Position numbers and translations under genes: made by a program
The notes under the pieces: model-generated
Databases searched by the model: none
Told to the model about the DNA's origin: nothing
Seen by the model: only the letters and a program-made list of their open reading frames with translations
Assembly (NCBI GenBank): GCA_964247055.1
Contig: OZ176053.1
Location: 248,001 to 312,000 of the forward strand
Direction: 5' to 3'
DNA length: 64,000 bases
Origin: Paragordius varius
Lineage: Eukaryota > Animalia > Nematomorpha
Shown here: positions 24,440 to 37,600 of the stretch, piece by piece
How the letters are laid out: every line of letters starts with the position of its first letter
How positions within the stretch are numbered: position 1 is the stretch's first letter

Positions 24440-25305
24440 AATAAAAAATCACAAGATATACCAAAATATTGAAATAAATTAATATTATGATAAAACTTAT
24501 AATTTGATTTATCTTTTAAATGGTCATTAAGAACAAGAAGGGTATCTATTCGAAATATATATGTGGGCATTAATAATAATTTAATTGAATACCAAACATA
24601 ACACACTGTAAAATGCAAACAAAATGTATAACAATTTTTTTTAATTTGAATGGACAATTGGATGGACAATATTTAGTAAATTTAATTAGGTAACATCAAT
24701 TTTACAAAGATTTTGTCTATCATCATTTATACCTGCGAATTACGGATTTCCAAATTTAGGGCGTCGGGTGTGCGACACTTTAGCTTTAGAAACTTATTTG
24801 GTTAAAACATTTCATACATATATTTATATATATATATATATATATCGTAAAGTTTAATCAGCCATATTTCAGTGGAATTATTATTATAGATCGTTGTTTC
24901 TCCAGCATTAACTAGCTTCCATAATATGCAACATCACCCAAAATTTCTTTGATATCCATTTAATTTTTTAACAAAATCGTGAATTTCACAAAAACAGGGT
25001 ATTCCTCTAAACCATTCATATTATTTATTAAACAGAATAAATTAATATGCATTATCTTTTCGCTATATTAAATGGGTCCTAGTTTTTATATTTAAACTTT
25101 TGTAGTTTACTGTCTGCTTCCAGTAGTATTTTGACACTACTTCAATGCAATATATCTAATTAAAGATTAATATATATATATATATATATATATATAATAA
25201 TGTTAAATAAAATGAATGGTTTATTTAATATAAGTCAAAAATCAATTTCCCATTACAACCTAAGAGGGCCTGTTTTTTTTTATTTTAATTTATTTTCAAA
25301 ATTTA

Positions 25306-26071
25306 TTAAGTGGCTATTTTCGAAACTAAAATATTAATTTCATTATTGCGCCAATCTAGCGCCAAATTATTGAGATGATCTTCGAAATCTATAATTGGAT
25401 TTAAGGTTTGATTTGCGGCATTGGTTTTTTTCTGTGAATGCGCTCCTTTGTTCAAATCAACAATTGGTTCAATTTTGACATCGGTACTGTAAAAAATATG
25501 AATGAAATGTTTTATTAAAAAAAGATATATTTTAAATCTAGAAAATTTGAAAAGTTTTAAATGATACAAAAAAACTTTTAAATGTAGAATACAATGTTAC
25601 ATTAAAATGTAAATTTCAAAAATACTTTATTCGATATTTCCCGTCAACTAATGTATAAATATGGTAGGATTCCGTATTTTGATTATCAATCTGGATTAAT
25701 ATGGAAGTTCCATTGACAGTTGCTATTTTTTCACCTATTTTAATAGCAAAAGCATCGGGTCTAAATAATATAAAACAATTGCCATACTCTAACGATGTTT
25801 TCTTGTTATCATAGCCTTGATAAAATCCCAAGATTTGATATCCAAAATTATCACAAATGCAATCTATTTGAGTCATAGCAACTTCAAGCATGGGAGTTAG
25901 GGTTGTATTGTTATGTAAACATGGATAAGCATCAACTATGCAAATTTCATTATCTTTCTTGTATCCAACTAGCAGACCATTTATATTTTCCACATATTTT
26001 TTGGAATGAAGATAAATTTTTGTAACTGCAAGTGAATCTAAAGTTATCAAATTTTTTGATTTTTCAATCAT
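25306..26071 (-). CDS. EMC8: ER membrane protein complex subunit 8/9 (UPF0172, MPN-like), 3 exons
   Basis: Exons 26071-25788, 25760-25626, 25486-25306. Motifs KIYLHSKKY, NGLLVG, IVDAYPCLH, LTPMLEVAMTQID, C-terminal IIDFEDHLNNLALDWRNNEIN. EMC8 versus EMC9 cannot be distinguished. Confidence 0.88.
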
Positions 26072-26382
26072 ATTTAGTTATGCTGGCGCAAACACCAATT
26101 GTTAAAATAATATAATTGGTTCCATAATTTTTAAAATTCTATTAACACTTGGATGCAACACATTCATTTTAGTCCTTCGATTCAGAGGATAATTGGATAC
26201 CCCAGGTCTGTTTAAAATTTAATAATTTAAAAATTATGGAATGAATTGAGATCTTGGCAAAAAATAGCACATTTATAACATTACTGAACTGTAATATATA
26301 AAAATTTTCATACAAAAATACTTGATATCACCTTTTTTAAGGTAAAACTATAGGGAAAAAATTTAGTCAACATGACATGTGT

Positions 26383-29300
26383 TGGTTGGTTGGTTTTTCC
26401 TAAGTCGTAAACGACTTTTTGGATATAGTTTTAACTATTTCTTTCCATTTTTTTCTATCTTTAACCGCTATATTGAGCTCTTTCAGTGTCATTTTGGTCT
26501 CTTCTTTTATCATATCCAACCACCTCATCGGTGGTCGGCCTCGTTTCCTTTGCCCTTCTACCTTCCCAAACATTGTATCTTTCTCCAGAGAATTCGATCG
26601 CATGACATGACCAAAATATGTTAACTTTCTTTTTAGAATTATCTCCATGATGTTTGTTTTAGGTTTTATTTCTGTAGTTAGACTTTCATTCTTAATTTTA
26701 TCCTTCCAGGTGTATCCTAGCATCCTACGCCAGCAGCTCCTTTCAAAAGCCATGAGCCTTTCTTTGTCCCTTTTTTTGAGGGTCCAACTCTCACATCCAT
26801 ATGTGGTGACCGGGAGAACGAAACAGTAGAGTAATCTTTTTTTGGTTTCAACTCCTACGCTTTTGTTTTTCCAAATCTTTATTAATTTGGTCATCGCTTC
26901 TCTACCCAATCCTATTCTCTTTCTGATGTCAGGAGTTGAAGACCCATCCTCTGAAATTATTGCGCCCAAAAACGTTAACTGTTTAACTATTTCTATTTCT
27001 ACTCCTTCTATTATAATTGTAGGCTTTTTTCCTGTACATAATATTTTGGTTTTGTTAGGATTAAGCCTAAGACCATACCTCAAACTTTCCTTTCGAATCT
27101 CTTCAATCAATTCCTTCAAATCATTTGCACTTTCAGCTATAAGAGTGGTATCGTCTGCAAACCTTAAATTATTGATTGTTCTCCCTCCTATTTTTACTCC
27201 TATATTTTTACCATCCAACTTCCTCATTATCATTTCTGTGCACATATTGAACAGATAAGGGGATAAGCAACACCCTTGTCTGACTCCTTTCAAGATTGGT
27301 ATTTCGTCTGTGTCCCCCGCTGGTGTTCTAATAATCGCTCTTTGTTTTACATACAGAGAGCTAATCAATCTTATTAAGTGAGACGATACCCCTACTAACT
27401 TTAATGTTTCCCACAAGGAGTCATAGTTAATTGAATCGAATGCTTGTCTGTAATCAATAAAACACATGTATAATTCTTTCTGGAACTCTTTTGATGTTTC
27501 CATTATCCTTCTCATGTTTGAGATATGGTCTCTTGTGCTTTTTCCCTTCATAAATCCAGCTTGATTTTCTGGTATTTCTGTCTGTATGATACTGTGCATT
27601 CTGTTTTGTATTACTTTTAGTAAGACCTTACTAGCGTGGCTAATAAGAGATATGTTCCGATAATTCTCGCATTGGAGTACATCTCCTTTTTTATATATTG
27701 GGAGATATACAGATGATGCCCAATCGTTTGGCCACTCACATGTTTCCCACACCTTTTGACATAGCTGGTGTAACTTTTCAACGGGAATAGCTTTTATGAA
27801 CTCTATTGGGATATTGTCTAATCCCGTCGCTTTGTTGTTAGGAATTTGTTTTAAGGCTAATTCAACCTCCTCTCTTAATATATCTGGATCACGTTCTTCT
27901 TCTTTTAATTGCAACACCTTTGTTTGAGGAGCCTGATAGAGTTTTTGGGTGTATTCCTTCCATCTTTCTCGTACTTCTGTTTGTTTGCACAATATGGTGC
28001 CATTCTCTTTTTTAATCTTTTGTGATGATATAAAAGGTTTATGAGTCATTTGCTTCAGTTTCTGGAACATTGGTTGCATTAATCCTTTTTTGTTATTTAA
28101 TTCCACTTCCAGACATTGTTTATTAAGAAAATCTTCGTAATCCTTCCTTGTTTGTCGTTGAAATTCTTTGTTATATAATTTTACCATTTTATTATCACCT
28201 CTTGATTTAGCTTTTCTCCTCTTTTCTGCTATCTCTATACTCTTTTCTGATATCCATTTGTTATCTTTCCTCTTTACTCTCTGCACTTTTTCTTTTGCCA
28301 CTTCATTAACAACATTTTTTATCGTTCCCCATAATTGTTCTGAGCTACATCCATTGTCCAATCTTTCTAATCTATCTTTGGTTTCTGTTCTAAAACTATT
28401 TGGAATGTTCCGAGTGTCATATCTGTATATCTGTTTAACCTTATTTTTAATTATTTTAAGTTTGATTTTGGTTATTAAAAGCTCATGATCGCTAGAGCAA
28501 TCGCTGCTTTTGCTTGTTTTGGTATCAATTATAGAGCTTTTCCATTTTTGAGGACACATTATGTAATCAATTTGATTCTTATATTTACCACATGGAGAGG
28601 TCCATGTGTATAACCTCCTATTGTGTTGTGGAAACCATGTGTTGGTTATCATCATCTCATTTTCTTGACAAAAATTGATCAGTGCTTCCCCGGCCTCGTT
28701 TCGTTCTCCCAATCCATATGGCCCGACTATTTGATCTACTCTACCTCTACCAACTTTGCTGTTCCAATCCCCTCCTATGATAATCATATCTCCTTTGTTC
28801 GTTTCATCCAAAACTATTTGCAACGTTGCATAAAAGTCCTCTATGTCTTCTTTGGGAGCGTTTGACGTAGGAGCATAGACTACTATGTATGTAAATTTAA
28901 GTGGCTTGGCATTCAGCCTAATACTCATGATTCTGGGTGTATATGGTGTATAACTAATGAGACTTTTATTTAATTTGTTTTTTATTAATACTGCAACGCC
29001 TTCAGATTTCTGGTCATCTCTCCCCGATCTTAACAATGTATAATTTTCGTTTTGTACTTTCGCGCTACCTTTTTGCTTGGTTTCCGTTAGACCCAGTATA
29101 TCTATGTTCAATCTTTCCATTTCCTTTTCAATTATCACTTGTTTGGTTGATGTTAAGGAACGTACATTCCAGCATCCAACTTTGAAAATTCTTGTTAAGT
29201 TCATTTAGTAAAACTATTTTTTGGCAGTAATAAACGAGGGTGGTTTGCCATTGCCTTCCCTCTCACTTACCCTCTTTACAAAAAATAAATATCTAGAATA

Positions 29301-29692
29301 ATTAAAATTAAAGAGTAATCTTTATAAATGTTGTTAATTTGGATAAATTAAAAATATTGATATTTTGCTCTGTCTGGCAATCATAAAGGAAAAATATAAA
29401 GAAATTATGGCTAGGCTAGTAAAAATAAAATAATTAGGCACCAAGGAGTAGAGAAAAAAAAGAGAGAGATCTGTATAACAATGATTTTTGATGACTTAAG
29501 AATTATGTTACTCTTTAAATTACATACTTAGCATACAAATAAAATAAAAACTCTACAAAACAAAGAAAAAGATTAATAATTACTGAAAGGAAACTTATTT
29601 TTTAAATATATTTATAGTATATAATAAAAAATACTATCCTGAATATCCTCCCGCTTTCAATCACATGGTTTCATGCATGAAAAAATATATAT
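26383..29692 (-). mobile_element. Full-length RTE-clade non-LTR retrotransposon
   Basis: 11-bp TSD ATGACATGTGT at 26372-26382 and 29693-29703. About 490-bp 5' UTR, a single ORF, and a 17-nt 3' end made of an (AACC)n tail. Confidence 0.92.
26400..29204 (-). CDS. RTE LINE ORF: APE-like endonuclease plus reverse transcriptase, 934 aa, uninterrupted
   Basis: EN motifs GCWNVRSL, LGLTET, VYAPT, GDWNSKVG, IDYI, SDH. RT motifs QAGF, FIDYRQAFDS, GVRQGCCLSPYLFN, LRFADD, FLG. RTE-type C-terminus YFGHVMR...RGRPPMRW. Confidence 0.97.
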   Translation of the reverse strand: MNLTRIFKVGCWNVRSLTSTKQVIIEKEMERLNIDILGLTETKQKGSAKVQNENYTLLRSGRDDQKSEGVAVLIKNKLNKSLISYTPYTPRIMSIRLNAKPLKFTYIVVYAPTSNAPKEDIEDFYATLQIVLDETNKGDMIIIGGDWNSKVGRGRVDQIVGPYGLGERNEAGEALINFCQENEMMITNTWFPQHNRRLYTWTSPCGKYKNQIDYIMCPQKWKSSIIDTKTSKSSDCSSDHELLITKIKLKIIKNKVKQIYRYDTRNIPNSFRTETKDRLERLDNGCSSEQLWGTIKNVVNEVAKEKVQRVKRKDNKWISEKSIEIAEKRRKAKSRGDNKMVKLYNKEFQRQTRKDYEDFLNKQCLEVELNNKKGLMQPMFQKLKQMTHKPFISSQKIKKENGTILCKQTEVRERWKEYTQKLYQAPQTKVLQLKEEERDPDILREEVELALKQIPNNKATGLDNIPIEFIKAIPVEKLHQLCQKVWETCEWPNDWASSVYLPIYKKGDVLQCENYRNISLISHASKVLLKVIQNRMHSIIQTEIPENQAGFMKGKSTRDHISNMRRIMETSKEFQKELYMCFIDYRQAFDSINYDSLWETLKLVGVSSHLIRLISSLYVKQRAIIRTPAGDTDEIPILKGVRQGCCLSPYLFNMCTEMIMRKLDGKNIGVKIGGRTINNLRFADDTTLIAESANDLKELIEEIRKESLRYGLRLNPNKTKILCTGKKPTIIIEGVEIEIVKQLTFLGAIISEDGSSTPDIRKRIGLGREAMTKLIKIWKNKSVGVETKKRLLYCFVLPVTTYGCESWTLKKRDKERLMAFERSCWRRMLGYTWKDKIKNESLTTEIKPKTNIMEIILKRKLTYFGHVMRSNSLEKDTMFGKVEGQRKRGRPPMRWLDMIKEETKMTLKELNIAVKDRKKWKEIVKTISKKSFTT

Positions 29693-31657
29693 ATGACATG
29701 TGTACATTAGCTAATTTTAAAAATAATACAAAATAAACCGCTTTTTCTGTTTCTATCAACGTTAAATTATTTAAATGAATAATTAACTTCATTTTAGTTT
29801 TAAAATTATACGATATTTTGCAAAAATGTTAAAAAAATGGCGTCAAATTAGTTTGATATGGAACTTAAAAAACCAAATTTTATTTGGATATTTCGGATTG
29901 TTTATATAATTTTGATTAAGATAGAAGGATAAATTTAAATTAAGACCATTTCTTTCAATATTTTTTCAATAATACAAATTTAAATATAGTCTGAGGTATT
30001 TAGATACCTCAATTTGAATCGAAGTGTTAACTAACAATTTTTAAAAAGTATTTGGCATGTTTCAACTTAACAAAATATAAGATTATTTATCTTACTAAAT
30101 TCTTAAAAAATAAGCGTAGTCGAGACCGTTTTAACAATTGATAAACCCCTACAAATCTATTCTCGTAAAATAAGTGTGTACCTTCCAACAACTGCAAGGA
30201 AATTGTTAAAACCGGATGGCCCATTGCAAATATAGTTTTATTTCACAGACTCCTGTGTTCAGCCGTAAAATCCTATTTTGCTTGATTTTTTGAATAAACT
30301 ACAATTTTGACAGTTATTTTAGTTAAAATTTAATTCTCATCTCATTTATTAAATAAAAAAGATTAAATATTTTCAGTTTTATGATTTCTATACTCTTAAA
30401 TTAAAAAGCTCCAAAACACAATTGAATCAAACAGCTAATATTAAAAAATATATCATGTTTTTGCGGGTTAAATATAGCTTAAAAGGTTATTAAAGTTAAT
30501 TATTTAATACACTTTTTAACCATAATATAAATTTATATGGATATACACTAGCGATTTAGAATTTAAAGAAAAAAATGGAGGCAAAACAAGTTTGAGATGA
30601 TTTTTTACAATTTTAATTTTTTTTTAAAAAGAAATTGTATAATGCGAAGACTAAAGAAAAAATATTTTTACATTCCGCTTAATACCTAAAATACTTTTTA
30701 GATATTCATTTCAAATCTCTCTGGAAAATAAACTACCTTAAAAGGCAATGTTAATTATTTACATTGTGGTAACTGCTCCATATCAGAAAATGGCAAAATT
30801 TGCTCACATTTTATTAATTACATTTTTTAGCTAACTTTTTTTAAAAAAAATATCACTAAAATTAACCATATAAAAAACCAATCGAAATTTTAGATATGGA
30901 ACCCGAACTCAAATTTTTGGACCGTCCAAATCGGCAGTTTTCTCAAAATAAAGGCAAAAAAAGCTTAGATGGGGCGATAAATAAACAAATTATATATTTT
31001 AACGTCAAAATAGTTTTTCCTTAAAAATATTTATAGCGAATTTTTTTGAAACGTAATTCATGCTATTTTAAATCAAGATTTGAAACGGCATAAAAACACA
31101 TAATCATAATGTTCTCAACATTTACACAGGAGTTTCTGAATTAAAATGACTTCTTGTTAAATATACAAAATGTATTTAGCATGAATTCGAGGACGAACGA
31201 ATTTCTTTATAAAAAATTTCAGCATTATCAAATTCTATAAAAAAAGTTGTTTTATATAATTTAAAAAAACGTTTTTATACCGTTTCATATTTTAAAATAA
31301 GAGGGACCCCAAAACAAATTTTGCCTAAAAATTAATAAAATAAAAAGGTTGGATAATCGTGTTTTTTAGCACCTTTCAGAATTTGACCTTAAAAGCCCAA
31401 AAATAAAAATTCGGTAAATGATAAGGTGTTTAATAAAAACATTATTGGGAGGCAATTTGAAAGTTTATAACATATCATAGTTAATAACTAATATCTTGGA
31501 CTCGTTTGCAAGATTAAAAAATTGATCACACCATATTATAAAAAAAACAAATAATAAAATTTAAAAACTATACATAGCTATTATTTATTGGTAAAAACTA
31601 ATGTAATAAAGCTATAAACATTTATTAATTAATATACTCTTATCTATTTAATTTTAT

Positions 31658-34600
31658 TTACACCTCAACCACCCATATACGATTAGGACTAAGGACCATG
31701 ATATTTGTTGGATTTAAAACCATCCCTAAAATAGTTGTATTGTTTAAGGCATTATGATTTCCTTTAACTGTTGAAGAGTTGAGATCGCCATTATTTGGCT
31801 TATTTTCATTAGAGCTTTCAACGCCCCCCTTTCCATAATCAAGAGTTATGAGTTTTTGCATAGCATACTTTGAATCAGAGTCACCACCTCCATAAATTTT
31901 TCCAGTTTTTCGATTTTTTAGTATGGGTTCTTTTGATTCCAACGTCGTATTATTCATCTACATAAAAAAAGAAATAATTGGTAAATGATTTATCAATATA
32001 GGAAATAATTGGTATAATACGAAATAGCAATATATAAGTAAATATGTCTCTTTATAAAAACTATAACTTAAAAGGACTGGTATGATAAACCATATTTTTA
32101 AATCTGAAAAATATGGGGTTTTGGGCTGCACACCATATACCACAATCCCGTGTATTCAATCATATTGAGAATTCAAAAAATGTATCGTTAACCTTGTCAA
32201 AAAATGATATAAAATTTTTAAGACTTATTATTACTCATAGTGTTTTAATTCTGTTCGTTTAAAACTCTTTTTACTTTACTAGAGTTTAAATTTAGTTTTA
32301 GCATGTTTAAATACTCGATGTCCTTGGCGTGATTTAAAATACAAAAATATGTGATTAGTAAAATCTGCAATGGCACAGTAAGGCCCAGTTGGTCGATCTA
32401 TGCGTTCTGCCAAATCTTGATATTCAAATTTATCAATTTTGTTTTCGGTTTTTCCATGATTTGAATCTTTATTATGACTATTAATATAGTCACCAACATA
32501 AGCTGCAATAAATTTACGAGTTTCTTTGGATGCAATGACATAACCCAGGGCTTCAAACGTTAAAATATTTTGCCAGATAGATTGGTGCCGGTCTTTAGAA
32601 TCTTTTGTGAAATTGTATAATTATAATATGAGATTAATGTTAACAAACGCTGATTTTAGTGTTAATAAGGATTTATAATCCTGGATAAAAAAGATTAAAA
32701 ATTTAAAGTAAACCAACCCCCTTTCTTATTTATTAAACTATAAATTTAAATATTTATTGTTGTTTCTCTACCCACATGGTAAAAATAAGCCAACATTAAA
32801 CACACCCATTTATATATTTTAAACAAAATGGTATATCATTATTCACATAAAATATTAATATATGTGTTATAAAAATTATTATTAAGCTTAAAAGTTTAAT
32901 TTTTCAGATTTATTAAGAGCAAAAAAGGTTATGATGCAGATATTTAACCCTCCTTTTTACTCCGACGTTTAAGGCAAATTATATATATATATATATATTA
33001 TTAATAAGTATAATTATATTTTGCAATTTATATATATTTTTAGTTAAAGTTTAAAAATCTTTTACATGTATAAATAAATATATTTACTTAAATGGTTAGG
33101 TTTCCAAACCGTAGCATGAACATCATGTCGTAAAGCAAAAAGGGGACATTTGTCATCACTGGAGAGCGCCGTAAATAAGTATTTATTGCTACTTAGACTT
33201 GCCTATAAATATTAGGTATAATTTTTAGTATTATATAAAAAATTACAAAAATATATATATATGGTTAAATTATTAATATTTTATGGGTTACATTACAGTA
33301 AAATTAAATTAAAGATAATAGGGGTTAAAATCTGTAAGTGAAAAGTAAAAGTCCAAGCGTGCTATATAATGAGCTGAAATTACATATAGTAAAAAACAGT
33401 TATTATTGTATAAAAATTGACAGTATATATAATTATCTATACCATTACAATTAAGGCTTTTAGATACGAACATCGGAATACTAAAAGCCATATTATTCTC
33501 CGAATTATATTAAAATTTTATGTTAAAGGAATACGATAGCCTTTGGACAATACTAATTATTAAAAACACTTATAAAATTAACAGACCAATTTTTTTTAGG
33601 AAATATTTTTTAAAACCATGATTTTTCTTGGAATTAATTCATCATTTAGGGTGGCAAAATAAGTGTTAGAGATAAAATTGATAAAATTTTATATATCATC
33701 GTGATCAATACAATAGGTTATATAAAACTTATAAAATTAATTTTTTTTCTGAAAAAAAATAAACCTTTAACCTTTTTATGTTTTAGCTTTCTTTATAATT
33801 CAATTTTTATATGCATTCTCTCATCTCCATAGTAAAAAAACCCTAAAAAGAAATAAAGGAATTTAATGGTTTTTATAAAATCATGGTTAATTTCTATAAA
33901 AACCACAGATAAATTTTAACTTTCAAAAACATTTTTGTCTTTATAATATAAACTTTTGTGAAAAAAAACTCATTTTTTTCGAAAAAAAAAGCACTTGATG
34001 TGTAATGCTTAAGGTGTTGCCATCATATCTGGCAAGACAACTCTGATTGTCAGGAAAAGTGTCACATTCTTCCAATTCTTGCATGTTATAGGCGGCGGTT
34101 ATTTCTTGCATTTCAGACTTTGCGACGAATCCAACAATATCGTCACTTTTATTGCTCGATGGCTCAATAGTTTCATCCTAAAAAAGAATGAAAATTTTCT
34201 TTTAACACTTCGATTCAAATTGGGGTATCTAAGTACCCCAGACTAAATTTAAATTGAAATTTTTAAAAAACTACTGAAGGAAACGGTCCTAATTTAAATT
34301 TATGCTTCTATCCTGATAAATATTATATAAATATGCCAAATTTATTTTGTATTATTTTTTAATTTTAAAATTTGAAACATGTCACGTTGACGAAATTTTT
34401 ACCTTTCGGTTTTAGCTCAAAATAAGTAATATCAAGTATTTTTGAATTAATTTTTTTATATATTTCGGTTTATCAATGTTATATAAGTGCAAAATTTTGC
34501 CATGATTTTGATTCCTTCCATACTTTTCAAAGTATTTTATTTTAAACAGGCCTGGGGTATCCAACTACCCCAATTTGAATCGAAGGACTAAAATGAGTGT

Positions 34601-37600
34601 GCTGTATCCAAGTGTTAATTCTCTGTTAAATAATATTGTGAATTCAAAGTTTTATTATATGAGTGGAATTTGGTTATTTGACCATTACATGTGTTGGTTA
34701 TTATATAATATAAAAATTAAAACCAAAATTAGAGAATAAGCATTATTAGGGATAAAATAAAAATCTTTATATGTAATACATAATGTTATACCTTAAATTT
34801 AGTTTTAAAAAAAAATTATTCACAGTATACTCCCCTTGTCATAATAATCCCAATTTTATGGAAATAACATTCCTTATTGAACAAAAATCTAAAATTAAAC
34901 CATATTTAACAATAAAAATTTTATAAAAAATTTACATCTTGTATATTTTTTATTCAATTTTAATGATTTAAAATAATTTACACCAGCGTTAAAATATATA
35001 AAAAACATAGAAAGAAACAATCAAATTTAAACAATTGATGCTTAAAAATTAGGATATTAATGTATATAATCGGAAAAAGTAATAATACGCTTAGAATGGA
35101 ATTAATTGAAAGGCGTCTCGTTTTTTTTTTGTATAAAAAACTCATAATCAGATTTTTATAGGCTTTAATTGAATAATTGAAATTAAAATAACCACCACAC
35201 AACGTAACTAAAAGACAAATATTTTTTAGAGTTAGACCATATTTTATTAACTTTAAATTTTTACTAATATATCCTATCGTTTTTGGCCTCCTGTGAAATA
35301 TCAAAAAGATATAATTCATTCAATTTATAATTCAATAAAAACATAAAAAATAGTATTGACTTGTCTTTATAAAAAATTTTTTTTACGGTTTGTCTCATAA
35401 TAATTAATTTAATATTTTTACTTTACATGAAAAAAAAAATATTTATGAAAGATTTTAACAATCATACATACCGCTTCCTCCTGTATTTGAGCAGCCAAAA
35501 AACGCGCGTATTCAGGATCCATCTGGGGTGGAATAGTTTGTTTGCCTACATAAAGAACATTAGAAATTTACATTACTGTATAATTGCTATATAAATTTTT
35601 ATGGAAATTTATATATATATATTGTTTAAACATTTTTAATATTCCAAACATACTTTTCAGTTTAATATTTAAACGATTTAATAATAGTGTTTAAACAGAC
35701 AAAAACCTTTGGGTATAAAGAATTTCTCACCTTTTAGATTAAGATTATTTCTCTGATTTTTATGATGTAGCAAATCATCATTTTTCGAGCCTTGAGTTAC
35801 GTAATGGTGAATAAATTTTAGTGGAGCATCTGAAACTATATGGAGTGCTTGATTAGTATAGTAACTTTCATGAGTCGTCGAGATCACCTGATTTTTATCA
35901 GAATCAAGATTTTCTTTTTGGTCAGGCAAAAAAGATTTATTCCTTGAAGCTGTAATGCAATCTCTGACCTCAAAACTTGCAAAATGAATAGGGGCAGGAC
36001 ATTCAAGTATTCGCGTATTTTTGAGTTTAACATTCACTCCATCATTGGATATTTCTGCATTTTTTAAGCACACCAATAAATATACCATTTTAACTTAAAA
36101 TTTGGCCCCCCTCAAACATTTCGCGATTTCACCGTAAGATAAAATTATGTGTGTTTCCTTGACTAGATTAACTCATAACTGAGATTAAACATTAGATTTT
36201 GGTTTAGTCTGTTTTAGTATTTGGATTTGACATAAATTACAGTTTTCTCCTTTTTACTATTTGGTGAATGGTAAAAAATTTATTTTTACTTAAAAATATC
36301 AATAAAAAACCTGAAAAAATGATAAATTTTACCAAAATCTAATATTTTATCCCAATTACAAGTTAATATAGAACTGAAAACACATAAATTTTATATAGGG
36401 TGAATTCATAATGTTCAAGGATAGTTTAAGGTGTTCGAGGGGGAATCGAAGATCTTCAAGGATAAATTTCAGTTACAGAGTAAAAATTTAAATAATAAAG
36501 CTTCATACAAATACCATTATAATTATATTATAAAAAGAATATTTAAATAAATATTTAAACATATAAATATTAGTGTTGGTCATTTTAAAACTTTACTGAT
36601 TAATCTTTTTTCGCCTTTAACATTTTTTTGGTGGCTTCGAAAAAAAAAGGATTATTTTAAAGAACCAAAAAAATCATTATAATTTTTCTCAAAATCCTAA
36701 AAAATTCTAAAAAATCTTTGAAAAATCCTAAAAATTTAAGTTTTTATGTTTACCAAATGTTGTCCATTCCAGTAGGGAAACGAAATGCGTAGCTCCTTTG
36801 TGTGAAGCATTCACTAAAGCCAACTCATCTGTATGTAATTGTGTTAGAACAATTTCATCTTGAAGTGATGTTTTATCTAAATCTTTAGGGGGTTGTTTTT
36901 CTGGCCCATTAAATTCTTTATAAATTAAAAAAAAATTATAAAAAAGGTTGAAATATATTTTAATAGTGGGAACATTACCTTATTTTTTCAACCCAATATG
37001 AAAAAAATGTTATTATAACAAAGCTAAATAATTTTTTAGGCACCCGATGGATATGTATCAATGTAAAAATATATTTAATACATATTTATTAGGCTTTTCT
37101 TGTATTTTTGGAAAACTAAAAAGCCCACAGTTATCATAACTACCCCATTGAAATTATACGGACAAAACGTAAAATATTTTCTAAATGTCAACCAGACTTT
37201 TTAAATTTTGATTTTTACGAATATAACTTGTTGTTTTAATTGGGAGTGTAAAATAGAAATATATATAACTACAATCAATTCTATATTTTACAATTGTAAA
37301 TAAATAACTTATATTATAAAAAAAATTAAGGTTTTAAAAAGTATGGGGTTGTCTTTTAAAAAAAACTTTATATTTTACGTTTTGTCCCTATAATTTATAT
37401 TCTTTTTGATTTTATTTTTTTGTGAGAAATTATATGCAAATGAATATTTATGGACTTACAAAAATAAGGTATTATTTTATGGTTTTTTACACATTTTGTG
37501 AAAAAAAAACTAAAAAACATAAATATTTTTAGGAAACTCTACTCTCTGTATACCAGTAGATAAAAATATGATATCACCACCCTTACAACGTATATAGAAA

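Larger units (their letters stand above)
26146..30026. mobile_element. TTAA-flanked (piggyBac-like) MITE interrupted by the RTE LINE
   Basis: TTAA|CACTTGGAT... at 26146 and ...GAATCGAAGTG|TTAA at 30026. Both halves align to the reverse complement of the copy at 34206-34614. Confidence 0.78.

Noticed and set aside
26379-28865. Several plus-strand ORFs of 60-138 aa over the LINE
   Set aside because: They are antisense shadows of the long RTE ORF.
34978-35319. 113-aa minus-strand ORF as the missing NUDCD1 CS exon
   Set aside because: It has no CS-like W/Q/beta-strand pattern, looks like AT-rich intronic repeat sequence, and the flanking exons already join in phase without it.
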